Source: Nitrospiria bacterium (lineage in GTDB: Bacteria; Nitrospirota; Nitrospiria; Nitrospirales; NS-4). From it: DNA of 64,000 nucleotides. The notes beneath the pieces are model-generated. The model saw only the letters and a program-made list of their open reading frames with translations. It did not search any database and was not told where the DNA came from. The position numbers were made by a program, and so were the translations under genes. Every line of letters starts with the position of its first letter. The first letter of the stretch is position 1. Positions 19,318 through 26,320 of this stretch are shown piece by piece. Location: NCBI GenBank assembly GCA_041490525.1, contig JBGPTH010000001.1, positions 44,115-108,114 on the forward strand, read 5' to 3'.

Positions 19318-20223
19318 CTACTCCTCAATCGCCAACACTCGATGGAGCTGCCTCGCAACCTCTTCAATACCCACTTCCCAAATGACCGCCTTCTTGTTCG
19401 CCAGACTTGGGCTATATTTATATACTTCCTTTACATCGACACCATGCCAAACTGGTAAAACCACATTCGACCTTTCCAGTATTTCACGCGTGAACACTGA
19501 CTCAAATTCCGTTCTTGTCCACCCCGTGTTCGATAGAAAATTCGGAGTGACAACCAATATGCACCTCCGACACTCCTTAATACCCTTCCCAATACTTTCT
19601 CTGAGATTATCGCCAACCTTCAATGAGTACTCGTCAAACCACACAATGCATCCTGGTTACTTACTTAACTTGCCTGCTAAAGGTCACGCGATCAAATCCT
19701 TGTCACGCGAATCATGCGAAATGAATGCCGCTGGTTTCTCTAGGACAGAAACCTCTTTAGCCCATTCAGGGCCAAAATACTCGATACTCAGACCACGTTC
19801 TGTGCCGATTTTCTCAAGCGTTGCTAGTTCCTCTGCTGAAAGGGAATTCTCAGAATAAATAAAAATTCGCCCGCAGAATTTAAGGTTAGAAGCATTCAGC
19901 TCTTTGCTTCTAGGGAAAGCTGATTGAATGATAAATCCACCGCACCGAGATAAAACATCCTGGATAACGTTCTCGTGGATCGCTTCTAAGATATACCCAA
20001 GTGGGTTTGGTACTTTACCCATGTAGAACGCTAAATAGATCGCACCTGAAGAAAAATCTAAGTACATCCTTACCCGAACCTTTGTATTCCCTGTCTTAGA
20101 AGACAATTCAGTCGTTTGAGTTACGGTAACTGCAGGCCGCTGATGCAAGAAGAAATAATCCTTCACCGTTCCCATAACCGATGCTACCTTTGTTATTCCT
20201 AGGAACCCATGGGCTCTGACCAC
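19318..20223 (-). pseudogene. N-terminal unknown domain + C-terminal TIR domain protein, interrupted by two in-frame stops
   Basis: ORF 19684-20223 ends '...KPAAFISHDSRDKDLIA' and ORF 19318-19644 begins 'VWFDEYSLKVGDNLRESIGKGIKECRRCILVVTPNFLSNTGWTRTEFESV...LPVWHGV'. Read in the same frame, the gap gives LIA-TGA(19684-19686)-PLAGKLSK-TAA(19657-19659)-PGCI-VWFDEY. This is one continuous TIR domain ('FISH..D', 'VW.DE..L..GD', conserved Glu in 'TEFE'). The region is AT-rich. Confidence 0.75.
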
Positions 20224-20238
20224 ATTGCAAGCGATAAG

Positions 20239-20475
20239 TTAGCTAAGATACTTTTTTAGCTGCTCACATGCTTCTACTGAAACAATGTGGAAGTCTGGTC
20301 CGATCTTAGCAATTAGTAGCTCAGCTTCCTGCGGTAGAAAACACTTGTGTCCTGTGACAAGCAGAATCCTCGCACTTTGTAGCTCTGGGTAATGGCGGCG
20401 AATTTGGACAAGCTCATAGAGCGCTTCCTGCGCCTTCACGCATGTGATCATCGAGTATGCACGCTGCGGGAGCAC
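20239..20475 (-). CDS. hypothetical small protein (70-78 aa) at the edge of the AT-rich islet, possibly a gene fragment
   Basis: ORF 15 nt upstream of the TIR gene on the same strand, with the same AT-rich composition. The likely ATG is at 20451 ('MITCVKAQEALYELVQIRRHYPELQSARILLVTGHKCF...'). No family recognised. Confidence 0.35.
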   Translation of the reverse strand: MLPQRAYSMITCVKAQEALYELVQIRRHYPELQSARILLVTGHKCFLPQEAELLIAKIGPDFHIVSVEACEQLKKYLS

Positions 20476-20523
20476 AGGGCTCCCCTGTTGCCGACGTGCC
20501 CATTATGATATGTTGGTTAAATT

Positions 20524-21546
20524 ATGACAACCACGATGCAGGCCCTGATCGCCAAGGTCGGGAAAGGCGAGAAAGGGGCCAAGGACCTCACCCACGAAGA
20601 GGCCAAGGAAGCCATGCGGCTTCTGCTGGAGGGCCAGGCCACCCCGACACAGCTCGGGGCGTTTCTGCTCGCAATGCGGATCAAGTCGGAGTCGGTGAGC
20701 GAGTTGGCGGCGTTCACGGCGGTGGCCCGCACGTACGTGTCTCCCCTCGCGATCCCGGCCGATCTGAAACACGTGGACCTCCCCACCTACGCCGGCAAAC
20801 GGGACAGCTGGCACGTTCTGCTGCCCGCCGCGATCGTGGCCGCGGCCGCCGGCACGACGGTCCTCCTCCATGGTTACGACGGCGTGCCGGGCCGCCTCTC
20901 GACGGCCGCCGTCGCGGCGCGTCTGGGCATCCCTGTGGATCTGCCTCCCAAGGAGGTCGCGGAGCGCGTCATCGGGACGGGGCTGGGGTACCTGGATATC
21001 GCATTGCTCCATCCCCCCGTGTACCGCATGTTGGAATTGCGGAAAGAGCTCGGCGTGCGGACCTTCTTTCAGCCGGTCGCGCGGCTCCTGAATCCCGGAC
21101 GGGCACATGCTTCCATGATCGGCATGTCCCACCCGCCCTATTTCGAGAAGATCGCCGAGGCGATGCGGATGCTGGGAACGCCCCGGGCCCTGATCCTTCG
21201 CGGGCTCGAAGGGGAGCCGGAGGTGTCCCTGAGTTCGGTCACCAAGGCCATCGAAATAAGGGACGACCGGATCACCCCTATGACCCTGCAGCCGAAAGAC
21301 TTCGGCATGGCGGTCGAGCGGGTCGAGGATCTGGCCTCCCCAGGCCTCGACGGCGAGGCCGCCCTCATCAGGAAGATCCTGAGCAACGATCTCCGGGGCA
21401 GCAGGCAGGACTGGGTCGTCATGAACGCCGCGGCGATTCTCTACGTCGGCGGGAAATTCCCCTCCCTCCGCGCCGCCGTCCCCCCGGCCCGAGAAACCTT
21501 ACAGTCCGGCGCCGCCATAAAGAAACTCCTGGAGGTCGCCCAGTAA
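20524..21546 (+). CDS. anthranilate phosphoribosyltransferase family protein (TrpD paralogue, TrpD2-like)
   Basis: 340 aa. N-terminal helical bundle 'LTHEEAKEAMRLLLEGQATPTQLGAFLLAMRIKSES' plus a glycosyltransferase-family-3 body. The canonical PRPP loop 'GTGGD' seems replaced ('PTYAGKRDS'). No trp genes are nearby. Confidence 0.65.
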   Translation: MTTTMQALIAKVGKGEKGAKDLTHEEAKEAMRLLLEGQATPTQLGAFLLAMRIKSESVSELAAFTAVARTYVSPLAIPADLKHVDLPTYAGKRDSWHVLLPAAIVAAAAGTTVLLHGYDGVPGRLSTAAVAARLGIPVDLPPKEVAERVIGTGLGYLDIALLHPPVYRMLELRKELGVRTFFQPVARLLNPGRAHASMIGMSHPPYFEKIAEAMRMLGTPRALILRGLEGEPEVSLSSVTKAIEIRDDRITPMTLQPKDFGMAVERVEDLASPGLDGEAALIRKILSNDLRGSRQDWVVMNAAAILYVGGKFPSLRAAVPPARETLQSGAAIKKLLEVAQ

Positions 21547-21548
21547 GA

Positions 21549-21584
21549 GGCCGCGAGGCGCAGGCGGGCTGCCGGATCGCGGCC
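21549..21584. terminator. stem-loop between convergent genes
   Basis: ggccgcga (21549-21556) pairs with tcgcggcc (21577-21584) around a GC-rich 20-nt loop. Lies between the TrpD-like stop (21546) and the kinase stop (21614). Confidence 0.3.
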
Positions 21585-21613
21585 CTCTTCCCGGAAGATC
21601 ACGGCTCCCCGGT

Positions 21614-24574
21614 TCATCCCCGGCCGCCGGGACCCGTTCCTTCCAACGCCTCCCCTTCCCGCGGGCGTCGCTGGGTCTTCAAGGGGTTGATGGGCAGATT
21701 CACGAAGAAGGTCGTTCCGCGGCCCACCGTGCTCTCCACTTCCACGTAGCCCCCGTGCTCCTGGACAATTTGATGGACGATGGTCAGGCCCAGACCCGTC
21801 CCCTCCCGCTCCTCGCTTTCATGCTTGGTGGAGTAGAACGGGTCGAAGATGTGGTCCAGATCATCCGGAGCGATGCCGCACCCGGTGTCCCCCACCTCGA
21901 TCTGGACCCAGGACTCGCCGGCAGGTTTGGCCAGCGGGCGCGTTTTCACGACCAGCAGGCCGCCGCCCTCTCCCATGGCATCCATGGCGTTGAGGACCAG
22001 GTTGAGAACCACCTGTTTGATCTGCTGGCGGTCCAGCATCACCCGGGGGAGGTTCCCGGCCAGGTCCTTCTCCAGAGTCACGGACTTGCTGGTGGCCTTG
22101 ACCCCGACAAAATACACGCAGGAGTCGACAAGTTCGTTGACGTTTTCTTCGGTCAACTTGGGTTCCATGTACCGGGCATAGTCCAGGATCTCCTGGATCA
22201 GTCGCTCGATACGAGCCACATCCTCAGACACCACCGAACCGAAGCGGCCGATGAAGTCGGGGTCGTCCTTGCGTTCCGGCGTGAGCTGGATGAACGTCTT
22301 GATCGAGGTCAGCGGGTTCCGCACCTCGTGGGCGAACCCCCCGGCGATGGTCTCCAAAGACCGGAGCCGATCGGTCCGTCGCATGAGCGTCTTTTGCCGC
22401 CGAACATCCTCATGCAGCAGCGCGTTATCCAGCGCGATTGCCAGATTCTGCCCGAGGGCGGAGAGCAGTTCAAGATCCTCCTCCGAGTACATCTCGCGGT
22501 TGGATTTATGCCCGAGGTTCAGGAACCCGATCACTACTTCCTTGTTCACGAGGGGAATGCACAGCTCCGATTCGATTTGGGACAGGGTATCCAGGATCCC
22601 TTTGAGCTTGACGATATCCTGGACGGGGACGGCGTCCATATTGTGTTCCAATTCCTCTCGCAGGATGGGGCCGCTCGTGTCGAACAGGAATTGGACGAAG
22701 GGAACCCTTGAGAGGATCTTGACCTCCCGCAGGCGCTTCTCATCGACTCCGTGCCCAGCCGCGAGGAAAAAATATCCCCCCTCCTTATCCAGGAGAAACA
22801 GAGAGACCTTCTTGATCCCCATCACCTTCGACAGGGTCTCCATGATCTTCGCGTTCAGGGCCTGCAGGTCCAGGATGGCGACCATGGCCTTACTGAATTC
22901 CGTGAGCGTCTCATACGCATCATAGCGTTTCTTGAACAGGGCCTTCCCGATCGCCTTTTCCATCTTTTTCTGGAGATTCGCCAGCAGGTCTGCAAGGAGA
23001 GAAAAGGTGGCGACGAGGATCCCGGCCAACACGTACTGAGTCGTCCCGGTAAACAGGAAGATGAGCAAGAGCGTGAGAAAATAAAACGAACAAATGAGCG
23101 CCAGGGGACGGGTATAGGGCAGAAACTTCCGATTGGTGAGGGTCAGGGAGATGTCCAGCAGCTGGAATTTCAAAATCGCATAGGTGACCAGGCAGGCCCA
23201 CAGGCTCACGAAGAGATAGCCCATGGGATAGGACTCGAACCCGTAATTCTGAACGAAGTCCAGGGTGGCGCCAAAGCCGAGGACGAAGGACCAGAAGATA
23301 TATTTCAGCCTCCTCGCTTCCAGGGGGGCGCTCTGTTCCCTGGCTTTATACCCCTGATGAAGCCGGTGCAACGACAACCCGCTCACCATCGCGAAATAGA
23401 TCAAAAACGAAGGATGCAGCACACCGGCTTTGGGATAGTGACCCCAGAAGTACGAATACTGGCCGTCCAGGAGATAGGTCGTCGGGACGAGCGACAGGAA
23501 CGCCGTACTGATCAGGTAACACGCCCAGATCAGCCGGTTCCCTTCCTTGAGTCGGAGCACACTGACGGTGAAATGGTAGAAAAAGGCCGGGATATAGACC
23601 ACGCCGACATACACAAATTTCCCCCAGAACAGGGCCTCCGCCGGCTCCTTGGAGGAATAGACCATGAAGAAGCCGAACAGCCAGAGGCACGCTCCCAAGC
23701 AGACCAGCCCAAAGGTAATGTGGGCCACCTCCCGTGGACTCTTGAACAGAACCCAGAGGCCGCAGGCGAAAACCAGGGTCCCGACCAAGAGAGGGGGCAT
23801 CGAAGCGAGCATGGCCCGCTCGCTGATCACGATGGCCAGGTACGCCGGCACAAAGATCAGGCCGAGGAGCACGACGTACGTCAATCCCTTGTGGAGCACC
23901 ACCGTGATGTCCATGAGACGGTAACGGACGATGGCGTACGTCATGATAATGGGATAAAACATGATGCCGAAATTTCCATACGGGTAGAAATCTATTCCGT
24001 AGATGGGCAGGTAATCCAGCGACCCCGTAAAATAGCCCAGGGAGACGGCTGCAAAGAAATATTTATACTGATTCCGTTTGAGGCCCGAGGCGAACCGGAA
24101 GAGCTTGAAGACCTGGTAATGCGCGTAGATGACAAGCCAAACCCACCATATGAAAAAGAGATGAAACAAGGCGGAGCCAGGAATCGAATAATAAAAGGAG
24201 GAGAACACGAAGCGGACCCCGCCGAAAAACCAGGGCGAGACCAGAATCAGAGGAAAGAACACCGCCCCGACCGCATAATTGACGAGGAGGAGCTTTCGTT
24301 GCCGCAGTTCGCAAAACGTCGTCACGAAGTGGAAGAAGAGAATGGGGATCCACACGACGCCGAATGCGAAGGCCACCCGCCACGCGAGGAGGGCCATGGC
24401 CTCGTCCCTCTCCAGGGCAATCCACATGCCGCCGAAGCCCCACACCGCGACCGACCCGGTAAACAGGAACCACAGCCTCTTCAGGTTGCTGGACCGGTCC
24501 GTGGAAAGGACAAAGATCCCCATGGCCAAGGAGCTGAGCCCGGTCAACAGCCCGGATAGCGCAAAGAGGTTCAT
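21614..24574 (-). CDS. sensor histidine kinase with tandem 7TM modules, GAF, HisKA, HATPase
   Basis: 986 aa. The first ~530 aa are polytopic, with two homologous modules ending 'YAIVRYRLMDITVVL' and 'YAILKFQLLDISLTL'. A GAF-like region, the H-box 'GGFAHEVRNPLTSI' and an ATPase domain ('DTGCGI', 'GTGLGL') follow. Confidence 0.85.
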   Translation of the reverse strand: MNLFALSGLLTGLSSLAMGIFVLSTDRSSNLKRLWFLFTGSVAVWGFGGMWIALERDEAMALLAWRVAFAFGVVWIPILFFHFVTTFCELRQRKLLLVNYAVGAVFFPLILVSPWFFGGVRFVFSSFYYSIPGSALFHLFFIWWVWLVIYAHYQVFKLFRFASGLKRNQYKYFFAAVSLGYFTGSLDYLPIYGIDFYPYGNFGIMFYPIIMTYAIVRYRLMDITVVLHKGLTYVVLLGLIFVPAYLAIVISERAMLASMPPLLVGTLVFACGLWVLFKSPREVAHITFGLVCLGACLWLFGFFMVYSSKEPAEALFWGKFVYVGVVYIPAFFYHFTVSVLRLKEGNRLIWACYLISTAFLSLVPTTYLLDGQYSYFWGHYPKAGVLHPSFLIYFAMVSGLSLHRLHQGYKAREQSAPLEARRLKYIFWSFVLGFGATLDFVQNYGFESYPMGYLFVSLWACLVTYAILKFQLLDISLTLTNRKFLPYTRPLALICSFYFLTLLLIFLFTGTTQYVLAGILVATFSLLADLLANLQKKMEKAIGKALFKKRYDAYETLTEFSKAMVAILDLQALNAKIMETLSKVMGIKKVSLFLLDKEGGYFFLAAGHGVDEKRLREVKILSRVPFVQFLFDTSGPILREELEHNMDAVPVQDIVKLKGILDTLSQIESELCIPLVNKEVVIGFLNLGHKSNREMYSEEDLELLSALGQNLAIALDNALLHEDVRRQKTLMRRTDRLRSLETIAGGFAHEVRNPLTSIKTFIQLTPERKDDPDFIGRFGSVVSEDVARIERLIQEILDYARYMEPKLTEENVNELVDSCVYFVGVKATSKSVTLEKDLAGNLPRVMLDRQQIKQVVLNLVLNAMDAMGEGGGLLVVKTRPLAKPAGESWVQIEVGDTGCGIAPDDLDHIFDPFYSTKHESEEREGTGLGLTIVHQIVQEHGGYVEVESTVGRGTTFFVNLPINPLKTQRRPREGEALEGTGPGGRG

Positions 24575-24685
24575 GAATCCTCTTCCAGATTTCGAACGAG
24601 GGAGGGTGTCAAGGGAGGGGCGCCGGTCGGCCCCCTACGGGCCTGGGTGAGCTGGAGGGAAAGATCAGCCGCAAGGAAATATTTA

Positions 24686-26035
24686 TTAGGCGAATGCATG
24701 CTCAGGGGCGTATGCCCAATAACATGCCTCCAACGCCCTGAACAGATACTCCAAACTCCGTTGGGCTGCATGCTCGACTTTTTGCTGCAGCTCGACGGAG
24801 GTCGCATGAAGCTTCATGACCTCGAGGGCCTGAAACGGGTGAAGGTCGTCATAGGCGGCATGGGCTTCCACCCAATAGTAGGCCTTCCTATCGAGAAACA
24901 CCCCGTCCTTGCCGTGATATTTGTCAAACCCTTTGACCATAAACGTGGCAATCCCTTGAGTCACCCCCTCGATGGCGTAATTCGTGGCAGCGATCGCCTC
25001 GACAAAGCTGCCTCGGTTGGTGACGGACCACAACCAATGCGTGAGGGCCTCAACGTCAGGAAGGATGGGGGTCGTAAACAGCTCCTCCCTGGGCACGCCA
25101 AATCCCATCGCCATGTCAATCCATTGATCGGCATGTCTCTTTTCAACACGCAGATTATCAATGAGAAAGGCCCGGGAGACCGGGTCGGGGGCTTTCGCCA
25201 GAAACGTGGCCATGAACTGAGGGAAGTACTCGATGAAGGGATAGAGCTGGATATTCCATCCCTTGACTTGCCTGAGGCTTAATTGACCTGTCGAGGTCTC
25301 TTGAAGCAATTTCGTCTGCCAGACGGCCTGCCGGTAGGGCTCGAGGCGTTGGTCCATCTCGACGACCCACACGGGATCGGGAGTGAACTTCCGGCCTCTT
25401 GTGGATTTCCTCCTCTGAAGCTTGTAGACGGAGCCTGCGGTCGGCATCGGCCCGGAGACGGAGAACACCGGACGAGGCCAGCCCCGCCGTTCAGGAGCCT
25501 CGCCGGCGATATGGGCCGCCTCGACCGCCAAATGGTCCTCGGACACACGAAGCCGGAGCACCGACTGTTCCAACGTGGAGGCATTTTCTTTGAGTTCCTG
25601 AAGCGCTGAGCTTAAAATCCTTTCTTCCCAGTTGCGCAAGCTGGCAAATTTGATACCGGCGGCATAGGGGCCGGGCGAGGCAGATCCATTTGTTGAGTGA
25701 CAAAAGACGACCTGTCCAGAAAGGTTCAGGTGACACACCTCACCAAACGAACATTGAAGGGCCAGCGGAGTGCCAACCCGCAATGCCGTGTCGCTCAGGA
25801 CCAGCAGGCCTCCTCGAGTGATATCCCGGGTACAGCCTGAGACATTTTTCTCTTGTATCTGAAGGAGGACCGGAATGCGAAGGGCGTCCCGGTCATAGCG
25901 GCGCCCTTGAGACGCAAGACGGCGACGCTCCGGTGAAAAGGCGATCATCTGAGTCCGCCGCTTCGCGATTCGCTGATCCTTACATTCGATCGAAGCGGGC
26001 ACCCTCCGCCGTTCGAAGAAGCTAGATATACTCAT
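24686..26035 (-). CDS. PilZ domain fused to a heme-oxygenase-like (iron-containing redox enzyme / CADD-PqqC-TenA fold) domain
   Basis: 449 aa. PilZ spans aa ~36-140 (nt ~25616-25930) with 'RRYDR' (RxxxR) and 'DITRGG' (DxSxxG-like). The aa ~215-445 region (nt ~24701-25393) is all-helical with carboxylate/His motifs 'PFIEYF', 'VEKRH', 'AIEGV' and 'VEAHAAYDDLH', spaced as in heme-oxygenase-like diiron enzymes. Confidence 0.6.
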   Translation of the reverse strand: MSISSFFERRRVPASIECKDQRIAKRRTQMIAFSPERRRLASQGRRYDRDALRIPVLLQIQEKNVSGCTRDITRGGLLVLSDTALRVGTPLALQCSFGEVCHLNLSGQVVFCHSTNGSASPGPYAAGIKFASLRNWEERILSSALQELKENASTLEQSVLRLRVSEDHLAVEAAHIAGEAPERRGWPRPVFSVSGPMPTAGSVYKLQRRKSTRGRKFTPDPVWVVEMDQRLEPYRQAVWQTKLLQETSTGQLSLRQVKGWNIQLYPFIEYFPQFMATFLAKAPDPVSRAFLIDNLRVEKRHADQWIDMAMGFGVPREELFTTPILPDVEALTHWLWSVTNRGSFVEAIAATNYAIEGVTQGIATFMVKGFDKYHGKDGVFLDRKAYYWVEAHAAYDDLHPFQALEVMKLHATSVELQQKVEHAAQRSLEYLFRALEACYWAYAPEHAFA

Positions 26036-26289
26036 GGCGCTCCTCCACCCCCAATATTCTACAGGGAAGGCCCGGGAACACCCTTACTGCTCTGCCGCAA
26101 CTCAGGCGGGCGCCCCCTATGCCCCCCACAGGCCGGTCCTCCCGATCCAGGCATCAGGGCCGATCAGCCCAAATGCCTGAGCCTTGGGGTAAATGTGTGA
26201 GATGTCATTATGATTAAAAGCGTAGTGGAAAGTAAAGGAGAAAATCCGGAGGCGGCAGGACAGCCCTAAACGTTAGTGATGCGGGGGGA

Positions 26290-26315
26290 GCGCTTCCCAC
26301 GGAGGCGGGAAGCGC
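26290..26315 (-). terminator. hairpin immediately after the stop of the 1,197-aa gene
   Basis: gcgcttccc (26290-26298) pairs with gggaagcgc (26307-26315) around an 8-nt loop. It lies 5 nt past the stop at 26321. No U-tract, so it could be a terminator or an RNA-stability element. Confidence 0.3.
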
Positions 26316-26320
26316 GGCGC

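Noticed and set aside
19104-19367. 87-aa minus-strand ORF between repeat copy 2 and the TIR gene
   Set aside because: It has no recognisable motif and overlaps the TIR gene's end. I also translated the GC-rich 19104-19260 stretch in the other frames, looking for an integrase or recombinase remnant, and found nothing recognisable.
19657-19686. Possibility that the in-frame TGA in the TIR gene is recoded (selenocysteine or read-through)
   Set aside because: A second in-frame stop nine codons later is TAA. The TGA sits where Arg (CGA) is conserved in TIR domains, and I saw no SECIS-like hairpin directly downstream. A pseudogene or sequencing error is the simpler reading.
20457-21749. 430-aa plus-strand ORF overlapping the TrpD-family gene
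   Set aside because: It is an out-of-frame overlap with extreme Arg/Pro/Gly composition ('RRGRPHQEDPEQRSPGQQAG...'). The 20524-21546 frame has the TrpD-like fold motifs.
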